The position numbers were made by a program, and so were the translations under genes. From Octopus vulgaris (Eukaryota), in NCBI GenBank assembly GCA_951406725.2, contig OX597833.1, forward strand, positions 34,596,001 to 34,660,000: a stretch of 64,000 bases of DNA. The letters are read 5' to 3'. Under the pieces are notes generated by a model, which saw nothing but the letters and a program-made list of their open reading frames with translations, searched no databases and was not told where the DNA came from. Numbering within the stretch: position 1 is the first letter of the stretch; every line of letters starts with the position of its first letter. Shown one piece after another: positions 1 to 12,307 of this stretch.

Positions 1-2706
1 GTAGGCTGGCTCCATCCCATGTAGAAGGCCACGGGTTGTGGACTCACTTGTCCTGCCGGGTCTTCTCGCGCACAGCACACTTCCAGAGGTCTCGGTCTCT
101 AGTCATTTCCTCAGTGAGACCTAAAGTTCGAAGGTCGTGCTTCACCACCTCGTCCCAGGTTTTCCTGGGTCTGCCTCTTCCACAGGTTCCCTCAACCGCT
201 AGGGTGTGGCACTTTTTCACACAACTATCTTCATCCATTCTCGCCACATGACCATACCAGCGCAAACGTCTCTCTTGCACACCACAACTGATGCTTCTTA
301 GGTCCAGCTTTTCTCTCAAGGTACTTACACTCTGCCGAGTGTGAGTACCGGCATTACACATCCATCGGAGCATACTGGCTTCATTTCTAGCGAGCTTACG
401 CATATCCTCAGCAGTCACGGCCCATGTTTCACTGCCATGTAGCATGGCTGTTCGTACACACGCATCATACAGTCTGCCTATCACTCTGTGCGAGAGGCCT
501 TTTGTCACCAGCAGAGGTAAGAGCTCTCTGAACTTTGCCCAAGCTATTCTTACTCTAGCAGTTACACTTTCAGCACACCCGCCCCCGCTGCTGACTTGGT
601 CACCTAGGTAACGGAAACTATCAACTATTTCTAGTTTTTCTCCCTGGAAAGTGACGGAAGTTGGTCTCAGAGCATTTTCAGTGTTTATTGTTCCTGAGCA
701 TCTGCCACATACAAAAACCATCTTCCTAGTTAGCCTTCCTTTGACATTGCTGCATCTCTTATGTGTCCATAGCTTACACTTGGTGCATCTTATAGAGTTT
801 CTACCTACACCTTTTCTACAAATCGAGCAGGGCCATCTACCTGAAGGTGTTTGTGATTTGTCTACCTTCCTACTGATTACGACTTTGGTTTTAGCTAGAT
901 TGACTCTGAGGCCCTTCGATTCTAATCCTTGTTTCCACACCTGAAACTTCTCCTCCAGTTCTGATAGCGACTCAGCAATTAGAGCAAGGTCATCAGCATA
1001 GAGGAGCTCCCAAGGGCATCCTGTCTTGAATTCCTCCGTTATTGCCTGGAGGACTATGATAAATAGGAGGGGGCTGATAACTGAGCCTTGGTGGACCCCT
1101 ACCTCTACCCGGAATTCTTCACTGTACTCATTTCCAACCCTCACCCTACTAGCGGCGTCCCTATACATGGCCCGCACAGCTCTCACTAACCATTCATCTA
1201 TCCCTAGTTTTCTCATTGCCCACCAGATAAGGGATCGGGGGACCCTGTCGAAGGCTTTCTCCATGTCAACAAAAGCCAGGTACAGGGGCTTATCTTTGGC
1301 TAGGTATTTCTCCTGCAGCTGCCTTACCAGGAATATAGCATCAGTAGTACTTTTCCCTGGCACAAACCCAAACTGCATCTCATCTAAACTAACTCTCTCT
1401 CTAATTAGTTGGGCTATGACCCTCTCCGTAACCTTCATCACCTGGTCCAACAGCTTGATACCTCTGTAGTTATTTGTATCTAGGGCATCACCTTTACCTT
1501 TGTAGCAGTTGACTATTATACTGCTACACCAGTCATTGGGTATGACCCCTTTGTGTATCACCTGATTAACTATATGGGTGACTAGGCTATAGCCGACACT
1601 ACCAGACATTTTGAGCATCTCTGCAGTGATTCCTGATGGGCCTGGGGCTTTCCCTGTCTTCATGCTTCTAATTGCCTTAGCTACCACAGAACTATCAACT
1701 CGGATAGCTGGTCCCTCTGTTGGGTCAACATTCGGCAGACTCTCTTTATCCCATTCATTTTCTTCATTCAGCAACCTTTCATAGTGGCATCTCCAAACCT
1801 CTCTCTTTGCATCCTCATTTAGCGCAAGTGAACCATCTTCCATGCGAACACACTTCTCTCCTACCACATCACGATTCTCTCTCACACACTGTCTTGCAAC
1901 ACGAAACACCTCCAGTCTTTGGTCCTCACGGCGCAGAACATTGGCAAATTTTTTCTTATCTGCTTCCCCTCTGGCTAAATAAACCTGTCTCCTAGCTTCT
2001 CTTTTGGCAGTCTGATACAATTCCCTGCTACCCCCATTTTTCCAGACCTTCCAAGCCTGTCTCTTTTCTCTAATAGCCCTGTCTACAATATTGTTCCACC
2101 ACCACGTTATTCTAGGTCGAGAGGGGACTTTGCACCAGCCACAGATCTGGTCAGTGGCTCTCAGCAGGTTGTCCCTTAGAAACGTCCAGCTGTCTTCTAC
2201 CCCCTGTGATGCTCTATCCCCTTCTACTTCGTCAGAGGCTTCAAGTAATATGTCCCTAAATCTCTGTCCATTTGCAGGATCTTTAAGCTTCCAGATCCTT
2301 CTTCTCCATATTTGTCGTCTTCTGGTTGTCCTCCTAGTCCTGATCCTAAAGTCACTAACTACCAGTCTATGTTGTGGGGTACATTCTTCACCTGGGAAGG
2401 TTTTGGCATTTATAAGCAGCCATCTCTCCCTTTGCCTTGTAAGGATGTAGTCAATTTGGCTGGTATGTTGGCCCGATTGGTAAGTGACTAGGTGGCTGGT
2501 AGGTTTCCTGAGGTTAGTGTTGCAAATCATAAGATTATTTGCATCGCAGAACTCCAGCAGCCTGGTTCCCTCCTCGTTGCGGGAGCCATAGCCATAGCCT
2601 CCATGTACACCATGGAAGCCCCCAGCATGTCGTCCAACGTGACCATTGAAGTCACCAGCCACAAAGATAAGGTCTCTGTCGTTCGTCAACGAGGTAGTCT
2701 GCAGTA
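1..2706 (-). mobile_element. RTE-clade non-LTR retrotransposon (LINE), 5'-truncated, with an uninterrupted ORF (partial APE endonuclease, RT, Cys/His finger)
   Basis: ORF 44..2706 has the endonuclease motifs AGDFNGH and SQIDYIL and the RT motifs KAFD, GVHQGS and LLYADD. A CSIC...CTKC...HKRC...CGRC finger and the RTE-type C-terminus (RLRWYGHV...GRGRPRKTW) follow. The element ends abruptly at a (TA/TG)n microsatellite, and its 3' UTR runs off the window start. Confidence 0.95.
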
Positions 2707-2748
2707 GATATATATATATATATGTGTGTGTATATGTATATATATATA

Positions 2749-2785
<37 letters not shown>
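2707..2785. repeat. (TA)n/(TG)n microsatellite
   Basis: Directly visible dinucleotide run abutting the 5'-truncation point of the RTE. Confidence 0.95.
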
Positions 2786-2787
<2 letters not shown>

Positions 2788-3099
2788 TAGGTTTACATAT
2801 GTAATAACTTGGTAATGTGTGAACTGTGTTCCCCATTCACAGGCCACTGATTTTAAGTAAAGTATTAAGCACCTGTAGTATGCAAATTGATAATCCTAAT
2901 TCTCTGAGTCTACTAGATTTGATGTGTATATAAATGGGTTGGCTACTTGTTACTCTGGGATTGCTCACTTGATGTAGACACCTGATGAGACCCCAATGAA
3001 GGTCAAAAATCAATTAAGGCTGTTGTCATTTTTTTCAATCTATGGAGAAATTGGTGAATTTGACATATTTATTTGTATGTCCACCCTGTATGTCTCTGT

Positions 3100-4335
3100 A
3101 TTTGAGGCTGGGCTGAAAAGTTCATAGGATGACCATGAAGGGGTGATACTAGAACTGAAATCATCCATGTATTAATTTCAGCCCTTCCTATTAATAACTA
3201 CATTGCTTTTTTCCAGTTAAACTGACATCTAACTGCTCGAAAAAGGCTTCAAAAGTAACTAGGAGCAACTTCTCTTGAAAATGGATGAAATTTGGGATTG
3301 TGGTGTTATCAAATACTTACAGAAAAAAGGGTTTAGTCCCCAAGGACATTTCTGCTGACCTGGTTGCTACATTAGGGGATAATGTTCCAGCTTTATTAAC
3401 AGTACAACAATAGGCATCTGAATTTAGGAAGGGAGGGGTGTGTCTTGAAGATGACCCAATGTCTGCATGTTCTGCATCTGCCACCACAAAGGAAAACCTC
3501 CATTGCATCCACCACATGGTGATGGATGACAAGCAATTGACTATAAATCGAATAGCCAATGTTATTAGCATATCCAATGGGAGATTTGAGAATATTCTGC
3601 ACAGTGAACTTGGCATGATGAAGGTTTCTGCTTGGTAGGTGCCACATCTTCTGACACCTGATCAAAAGTGCATCAGGCTGATCACATCATGGCAAAATCT
3701 GACATTGAAGCAGATCCAGCTGGTTTCCTTGAACGTTTCCAAACCCAGGGTAGGTGTTGGCTTCATCACTTTGAGCCAGAAACAAAGAGACAATCCATGT
3801 TGTGGAAATCAGCTCTCCTCACCTGCTCCAAAGAAGGCTGTTTCATTTGTAGGCAAGGATGCAAAAGGCATTATTTTTACTGACAATCTTGAAAAGGGCC
3901 ACACCATCAATAGAGAGTACTATGCCAACTTGCTGAGGCAGTTATGAAAGTCTACCAAAGACCAAATACCCAAGTAAACTGACAAAAGGGTCTTGTTTCA
4001 TCAGGACAATGCTCCAGCACACAAGTCCTTGCTTTCAATTTCTCCTGTGCATGATTGTGACTGAACTGGTTGATCACTGTTCATATTCTCCTGATTTGGC
4101 CCCATCTGACTATCTTCTATTCCCCACCATGAAAAAACTCTTGGCTGGGAACCAGTATCACAGTGATGATAACATCATATCTGCTGTTGATGACTTTCAC
4201 CAATGGGATCCAAGCAGTGCAACACCGATGGAAGAAGTGTGTGGACTGCAAGGGGTCTATGTTGAAGCACAAACCTCATTTGGTCACATTCCATGAGAGT
4301 ATCTAGGTCAACCTATGAACTTTTCAGCTCCTGTG
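3100..4335 (+). mobile_element. Degenerate Tc1/mariner (mariner-type) DNA transposon
   Basis: Inverted termini GCTGAAAAGTTCATAGG(A)TGACC (~3112) and GGTCAACCTATGAACTTTTCAGC (~4306). The broken transposase starts MDEIW.. at 3281, with fragments W(V)PHLLT, HHFEPETKRQSM, HQDNAPAH and YSPDLAPSDY. Confidence 0.9.
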
Positions 4336-4615
4336 TATATGTATATGTATATGAGAAACAGCAAGACTTAGATCAGTATTTTAATTTAAATAGATATCGA
4401 TTATATTATTCTAATCTTATCCCTTCGAACTTTTTTGCAACATAATGACTTCGTTTAAATTTTCACCAACTTGAAGGAACGACTAAAAACAGCAAAAATT
4501 ATGCTCTTAATTCTGTACTCTTATCAGTGTTGTTGTTTTATTGTATTTTTTGTTATTTCCTCTCTTGAATGCAATGATTATCTGTAAAATGTCTCTGAAT
4601 TTCTTTCTCATATAG

Positions 4616-4903
4616 ATTGTAGAGTTGCTACCTCTGAGGTTCCTTCCACCAAATGAGAAAATCCAGATCACATTTGGCTTGCATCTTGTAATTTCATGTT
4701 GTCCTGTCAGTGACATCTGTCCAGATGATAGTAACTTAGTTAGTACAGTACCAAATGACCAAAAACTTTCTCTGATTACCAACTGCATTGACTGCCTAAG
4801 CACTTTGATGATGTCTTCAGAGAATGTTTTTATATACAACTATCTCAGACCAGAAGTCGTACTTAATTTTCTGGAAACTTCCTTAAGCAAAATTCAAAAA
4901 CAG
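4616..4903 (+). CDS. URB2: URB2-like gene, internal coding exon (first in window)
   Basis: Pyrimidine tract plus TAG acceptor, 96 open codons (IVELLPLRF...KIQKQ), CAG|GTAAG donor, phase 0/0. Assigned to URB2 by frame continuity with the downstream exons. Confidence 0.8.
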
Positions 4904-5025
4904 GTAAGGATAGACAAGATAAGCAAGAGACCTATTGTCTTTTTGCTTTGGTTTATTTTTCAATAGTTAGAAATAAGACCAGTTACTTATTTGCAATGAA
5001 AAAAAGGCATCAGAGGAGTGATGCA

Positions 5026-5753
5026 TACCCTGTGTGCAGATAAATTGTTTTGCTTACCCATGCTTTTTAATTGAACTGAATTAAGCTTTCTAATCCTAAA
5101 AGAGGATTAGAGGCCTAAGAATAGTGAAATTAAGGAATCAGTTTGTAAATAAACAAAACCCTTGAATCCATCACTGCACACATATGCACACACACAGAGT
5201 CACATATCTATGTATGTATGTATGCATTCACATGTGTCTACACGCATAGGTACACCGTCATCTATAGACACAAAGAAGGGTCAATTCATATGAAAAAGAA
5301 AGTGAACAAAATGAAATATTTATGGAAAATATTGCATAGCAACATCATTCAATGATGGCAGGTGAATCAAATGAACTGTAGTTCATTGTAGGATATAAAT
5401 ATGACGCTTATTGAGAAATTTTTAAGTTCGATTAAAAAAAAATTTTTTTTCTCATGTATCACCATTATAAGTATTTACACTCCAGTGAAATTAAAAGATC
5501 AACTCGTAAATAAACAAAACCCTTGAATCCATCACTGTACACACACACATGCACACAGTTGCATATCTATGTATTTATGTATGTTTGAAGATAATCAAAT
5601 CAAATTTTCATCATTTCAAGCCACTCACCCAATGAGTATTTCTGCCAAATTTGGTGAAAATCCATTCAGCTGTTTTCCAGTAATTTTGAAAATGCACAGT
5701 CAAACAAAGATGTGTGATTACAATACTCTGCTTTTTCTTACGTACACAGGGTA
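5026..5753. mobile_element. Putative non-autonomous element (MITE or Helentron-associated HINE-like) with an internal ~100-bp direct repeat
   Basis: Ends TACCCTGTGTGC / GTACACAGGGTA form a 12-bp inverted repeat with 1 mismatch. Internal direct repeats lie at ~5123-5225 and ~5484-5585. A CCAAATTTGGTGAAAATCCATTCAG motif typical of such elements is present. Confidence 0.45.
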
Positions 5754-6026
5754 ATTAATAACTTGTGGCTGTGTGTCTAAGAACTTTACTTTTGAACCAT
5801 ATATTTTAGACTGTGTTTTTTACTTCATGGGCACTTTTTGTTGGTGTTTTCTTCTATAGCTGTGGACTGACCATTGCTGTTAAGTGAAATTGGTAGGTGG
5901 AAACTGTAAGAAAACTGTCATATAAGTATATTTATGTGTGAGTGTGTTGGAGCTTCCCTTCGTCTTGACATTTGTGTGCTGATTGGAAATAAAGTCACCA
6001 GTCATACTGATGGTGACATTCGTCTT

Positions 6027-6376
6027 TATCTTTTATTTGTTTCAGTCATTCAGCTGTGGCACCTCCATGAATTTTTAATCAAAAGAATCAACCCGAGTAC
6101 TTATTATTTTTTAAGCCTGATACTTATTCTGTCAGTTTCTTTGCTAAACTGTGAAGTTATGGGGGACGTAAACACACCAACATTGGTGGAGGTGGGGCAC
6201 ACACACACACACACACACACACATGCGTGTGGCAGACTTCTTTCAGTTTCTGTCTATCAAATCCATTTGCAAGGTTTTGGCTAGCCTGAGGCAGAAGACA
6301 CTTGCCCAAAGTTCCACATAGTGGTACTAAACTGGAATCATGTGGTTAGGAAGTAAGTTTCTTATTGCACAACCAC
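6027..6376 (-). mobile_element. tRNA-derived SINE copy
   Basis: Homologous to the copy at 23205-23586 (TTTCAGTCATT...GGGGAC(G)TAAACACACCA...(CA)n...AGAAGACACTTGCCCAA). Confidence 0.75.
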
Positions 6377-7158
6377 TTTACTTCCAGGAAAACATGTCTA
6401 GCATTGAGTTGTTCATTGTTTGAAGGACAAAGGGAAAAATTTCCTTACTTGGATACAAGTGATGATTAGTGCAGGAATAGCATCTGGCTGTAGAAAATCT
6501 GCATCAGTAAGTTCCATTAAACCATGCAAGCATAGAAAAGTAGACATTAAATGATAGAATGATGTTGATATTAGGAATTTATGACTAAAATTTCAATATA
6601 AATCACGTTAGGCATTATAAACACCAGTTTGAAGTGGAAGAGAGGAAAGAGCTCACTGATAGGACTTAAATCACATGACTAGTTACTGGGCAACCAGTTA
6701 CATATTACGCTATTTGATGTAGACTGAAGAAGGCTTCTCTGAATATCATTATTGTCATTGTTTTACTGTCCACTTTCCCACGCTTGCATGAATCAGATGG
6801 AATTGTAGCACATTTCCACAACTTGATGCTCTTCCTGTCATCAACACTCGCCTTTTTTTCCAAATAAGGTAATATTTCCCCATGACCGGACATGTTTTCA
6901 CAAACAATTGGGAATGAAGGACTCTGCTTGCATTATAGAGACAGTAACACACACACCATGGGCCTTTTTTCAGTTTCCATCTACTAAATCTACTCACAAG
7001 GTTTTTGTAGGCCCAGGCCCTAGCAGAAGACAGTTGTCCAAGGGGGATTGAACCTGGAACAATTTGGTTGTCTTAGAAAGAAATTATAGTTGTTGTTGTT
7101 GTTGTTGTTATTATTATTATTGCTACTGCTGAACTTTGTATGATTTCTACAATAACAG

Positions 7159-7275
7159 AAACCCAACAGCCAACAGGCTCTATTGATGTGTTACTACAGG
7201 CTTCTGGAATATTCTATATCTTCCATAATTGAAGGTTTTACATTATGTTCTATATTAGAGACTTATATCATGAAG
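7159..7275 (+). CDS. URB2: URB2-like gene, internal coding exon
   Basis: AACAG acceptor, 39 open codons (KPNSQQALLMCYYRLL...YIMK), AAG|GTAAGT donor, phase 0/0. Confidence 0.7.
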
Positions 7276-7438
7276 GTAAGTAAGCCTAGCATTTTATAAC
7301 TCTACTTCTATTTATTTCTCTGGTGTATCATTTGATTAAAAACTGACTCAGGTCAGTTTGACCAAGCAATCTTGTGTACTAAAATGGTTGGTCAAATGGA
7401 GCTGGATGTTGGAGAAACCTGTAGGATTCTACTCTCAC

Positions 7439-7685
7439 TTTATTCCCACTTAAATGTAGATGTTCTCTTGGAACAAACTATACTGTGGTAGATACCATGA
7501 GAGAAACTCTCACATAGACTTTTTGTGTAAAAAGCATGCTTGTTGCTAGTGGGGAGATAAATCCCCACCAATGATAAAAACTAGTGTGCATTTTGCACCA
7601 AGAACCTATACGAGAGCTTCTTTCATGGTATCTACAACAGTAAAGTTTGTTCTAATGGAACATCCACATTTTAAATGGGAATAAA
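7439..7685. repeat. Long imperfect palindrome (foldback MITE-like)
   Basis: The left arm TTTATTCCCACTTAAATGTAGATGTT...GTAGATACCATGA is the reverse complement of the right arm TCATGGTATCTAC...AACATCCACATTTTAAATGGGAATAAA. The centre is GTGGGGA-gataaa-TCCCCAC. Confidence 0.85.
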
Positions 7686-7752
7686 TATTACCTCTTGGTA
7701 TTAGTACTGCCTCTCTCGCTCATATATATATCTATTATTATTGTCTTCTTTT

Positions 7753-8092
7753 TCATCATCATCACTGCCGTTTAACGTCCACTTTCCATGCTGGCATGGA
7801 TTGGATGGTTTGATAGAGAACTGGCAAGCCGGGAAGCTGCACCAGGCTCTAATCTGATTTGGCAAGATTTCTACAGCTGGATGCCCTTCCTAATGCTAAC
7901 CACTCTGAGAATGTAGAGGGTGCTTTTTATGTACCATCAGCATGGGAGCCAGTCAAGTGACACTGGCATTGGCCATGCTTGAATGGTGGTTTTTACGTAC
8001 CACTGGCACAGGTGGCACTGGCATTGGCCACACTTGAATGGTGCTTCTTATGTTCCACTGGTACGGGTGCCAGTCAGGCAGCACTGGCATCA
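7753..8092 (-). mobile_element. RTE 3'-end fragment ((GAT)n tail, repeated 3' UTR units)
   Basis: CATCATCATC...AACGTCCACTTTCCATGCTGGCATGG...TTTCTACAGCTGGATGCCCTTCCTAA matches the 3' tails of the RTE copies at 30944 and 53646. Confidence 0.8.
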
Positions 8093-10345
8093 CATCATGT
8101 TATTTGTTTATCTAATATCAGGATTTACAAGCTTTAACATCATTGGTTACAAGTTTCCAAAGGACCAATCACTCTTTCACTGTATTTCTAATGGAGAGAT
8201 TGACAAGGGAGCATCTGTAACTTGGTAGATGTCATTTGAAGGAACAATTTTTCAATGATGTTTACATCCATCACTGATATATGGAAAAATAATGATACAC
8301 ACACAAGTTATGGATCTCTTGTTCCACGCATCTTTGATAGCACAGAGCCACTGGGTGATTTATTGATAGGGAAATGGCAACAAATTGTAGCTCGGTGCTT
8401 CTTTATGCAAAGCCTGCAGGATGTAAATCCTTATATAGTAATACATGTACATATATAGATACGCTTTCACACACACATGTATGCATGCATGTGTGTGTAC
8501 ATGCATATATATGTTTTGGTGCAGACATGGCTGTGTTAGGAAGTTTGCTTTGTAACCACATGGCTTTGAGTTCATTCCCATTGCAGTGCACCTCTTGGGC
8601 TGACCAATGTTTTGTGAGTGAATTTTGTTGCAGAAACTATACAAAGCCCATTATATATACATGTGTGTTTGAAGGTTTACATCTACATTCTGTGTGCTTT
8701 GCATATAAAAGTGCTGAGCTATTTGCTTGTTACCATTTCCCTATCAGCAAATTGTTTGCTGGCTGTAGACTTTCAAAGGTGTGTAGAATAAGAGAGCCGT
8801 TACTTGAAAGATAGGTATGGATTAGCAAGAGGAAGGACATCTGGCTCTAAAAACAATACCTTGATGTACTATGTAAGCATCTAACTTAGGTGAGCATAGA
8901 ACAACAGATGTAAAGATCTATATACAATCATAATGAAACTTACAAGACTCAGATCAAATTGTCCTGTTCCAAGTTTCAAATACATGTAATGGACAAAGTA
9001 CACAGCATTTTGGTGTGGTGTAATGCAATATGTTAAACATCCGATAACATGAAAAAAAACAAAAACGTGCAGAATAACTGAAAGGTGTAAAATTAAGTCA
9101 ATCTGAAATCATCAAGGAACTTCAGATTTTAGAGTTATGTATTAAAAGTACTACCTACAAAGTTTCAGCAGATAACATGCACACACACACACGTGCACGC
9201 ACAAAACAGGTCCTATGCAGCTTTCACCTTCCAAATTCCACTCATGAAGTATTGGTCAACCATAAAGGCTATTGTAGAATATACTTGCCCAAAGTGTCTT
9301 GCAGTATACCAAATGTGGGACTATAAATTCTTAAACAACCATGCATGCATCCATGTTCTTGTTGAAGAGACAAGTTCCACTAGTTAGAAGATACATCTAC
9401 TGCTACAATTGCTCGAAAAGTGTCTGAGGATGCCTTGGCTGGTAATAATCAGGCATATGCTGGGGCTGACATATCTGAAGAAATTTCTGGACAATGATGA
9501 TGAACAGATGTGGTCACTGTTTGTGCAACATGTCTTTGTGTAGCTCACGTTTTTGACTGAGATGCAAAATGCCAAGTAAGGCCAGGCACTTAACATCTGG
9601 AATGTTACCACGTATTTACTGCACTATAAAAGAGAACAGCGCAGCTGATGAAAACCTCAATTTTTGCATTCTAATAAGGGTTAGTGGAGGGTAGCATCAT
9701 TGAGAACTGTCCAAGTAATTTCTTCTGTAAAAGTTTCTGGTCAGGGATTGTGGAGAATTTCTAGAAGTTCTTGGCCTGGCACTGCTATAGTAAGTGGGTT
9801 TTTCTTGGAATACATACAAGCATGATTGTTATGTCTGAGATGCATACAAGGTAATGAAAGTGTCCAGCGTACACTTGTTCAGTGTCCATGCACTGCTGAT
9901 TTGTGGGTTTATCTTGAGCAGCACTCATTATGTGCAAAATAAACTTGGTTGTCATCCAAGTTTATTGTTACAATGAATTCACTGTCTTCTTTCAGCAAGG
10001 AAGTATAAATTGTCTTCCTCTGTCTTGTAGCTATGGTGAAGGCCTTTGAATATTGTTTAAAGGTTTAAGGGTAGATCTTTTCATCTTGGACTACATTCTC
10101 ACCAACTTCAAGTACCAATTGAAGAAGGTGAGGGTAGAGAGGTGTTGCCCTTTAGTATATTTTATGAAAGGTGGCTGACATTGACGAAATTGACATGACT
10201 AAGTGAACAGTTGTTCCCAAATGGATTTGAACCCAAAACATAAATATAACTAATATTACACTGTTGTCTGATGCCCTACCAATTCAACAAATAACAATAA
10301 ACAGGAGAACCTATAATGGCTTATGTTTCTTCTTTTTCTTAACAG

Positions 10346-10471
10346 TTATTCAAATATCTCCAGAAGGCTAAAGATCGGATTTGCAAAAAGTCACATTCCA
10401 TGGAATATATTCACAAGAAGTACTCACTCAAGTTTCTTTTTGCATCCAAATTTATCGAGGAACTTGGCAAG
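10346..10471 (+). CDS. URB2: URB2-like gene, internal coding exon
   Basis: Strong pyrimidine tract plus CAG, 42 open codons (LFKYLQKAKDRI...EELGK), AAG|GTCTGA donor, phase 0/0. Confidence 0.65.
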
Positions 10472-11771
10472 GTCTGATGGTTTTGTATTGTCATCATTTA
10501 CGATTCATGTATGTGTACTATTTGTGTGTGTGTGTGAGAGGGAGAGAAAAAGAGAGAGGCAGAGCCAGAGATCACATATGTTGTGTGCCTGTTAACTGTT
10601 GTTTAGCACCCAAGTCAGCTCTATCAAGCAAATCTTTGATGAAAGGTATTAAAATCATTATCGTTTATTTTCAGACATAATTCATCAGAGTACACTGTCC
10701 CCACTTTTTTTAAAGGTGGTAGCTTGTGATTTAAGAGGGATTTAGCTGTTATTCTATTAATTTAAGCAAGATATAGGCTCCCTCATTGCCTGTTCTAAAT
10801 GTGGATGTTATTGATGGTTGTTTGGTTTAGTTTGTTAGTCATTGACATAGATAGAGGTTTAGCTTAACATAGAACATCTAGGAACCTTATTTGCTGACAT
10901 TTGTGTTCATTTATATTATAGTCTCCTGCGTTAATACAAGGCAGGCCTTACATTAATGTAAGAGACACTCATTGATTGTGAGGATTTGTTATGTCAAGGA
11001 TGTATATACTTATAAAAGCAGCGCCCTTATATAGTCCTTGTAGTACACCTCAATATCTTTTGCAGCACACTTAGATACTTCTTCAGTGCACTGCTATATG
11101 TCTTGTAGTAGACTGTTTGAGAACCATTGATCTAACAGTTTGATCCTTGTTCTTTGTCTTCCATCTGGGAATGAGGATAAGAGGAGGAAAGTTGCGTTGT
11201 CTTTTGGGCTCTTGACAAGTAAATTCCTTTGGTCTGTGAAACACCTCAATTATTGAATTCTTAATACTCTTTTGTCCATTTTCTTGATTGTCATATGTGT
11301 GTGGACACGACAGATAGTGATATGGTGAATTTGGTTTATTAAGGATATTTATACTGAGCAAAACCTGGTGTGTGTTGAAGGAGGTGATATTGATGTTAAA
11401 CGATGATGATATGTACATATAATGTAAATATATGTATATACTTGAGAGTGAGAGAAAGACCTATAGGTACATACAATGAAAGTCCTTTGATAGATGTTAT
11501 AGATATGAACCTAGAGACTATAGACTGCTAGACTAATAATTTATCCTTTCAATCATTTTACCTCTATATTCATCATCATTGTAAAAACTGTTTTTCCATG
11601 CTGGCATGGATTGGATACATCTTGCCACTCACTGCAGTCATAGCACACACCATATCAGAGAAAACCTGGTCAACTGTGTTGTTATGTATTTCATGTCATT
11701 TTTGGTATGCCAACCTATCACTAGCTACTTTACTGTGAATAAAATTAACTTAAACTATTCTTTCATGTCAG

Positions 11772-12014
11772 GTATTACAACAGAAAACATTATCAGAAGA
11801 CACTCGTGCTATAGCAACGAAATATATGGAAATGTTTTCTGATGTTGTCCTAGAAATTGTCACTTCCATTGATTCTGATGTACCAGACTGTGTACTTGCT
11901 GTATACACTTCTCTCTTGGAGTCCCAGAAGAATACTTCAAATGGAGGGAAGCCTTTAAGTAACAAACACAACACCAGATTGACAGTCTGTTGTTTAAACA
12001 AAATCTCCAAAATG
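11772..12014 (+). CDS. URB2: URB2-like gene, internal coding exon
   Basis: TCAG acceptor, 81 open codons (VLQQKTLSEDT...NKISKM), ATG|GTTTGT donor, phase 0/0. Confidence 0.7.
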
Positions 12015-12307
12015 GTTTGTAATTAATACTTTACTTTTTACTTGTTTCAGTCATTGGACTGTGGCCATGCTGGAACATTGCCTTGAAGTCTTTAGTTGAA
12101 CAAATTGATCCTACTACTTATTTTTCAGCTTCTGTCTACAAAATCAACTCACATGGCTTTGGTTGGCCTGAGGCTATTGTAGTGGGACTGAACCTAGAAT
12201 CATGTGGTTAGGAAGGATTTTTTAAAGATGTTTTTCTTTTTGAAAGAGTCAAATTAACGCTAATAAAAATAATGATGATAATAGTGTGCATTTAAATACA
12301 CATTATT

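Noticed and set aside
2707-2836. N-terminus of the 930-aa ORF (MGNTV...IYIYIY)
   Set aside because: It is read-through of a (TA)n microsatellite and flanking DNA. RTE homology stops at 2706.
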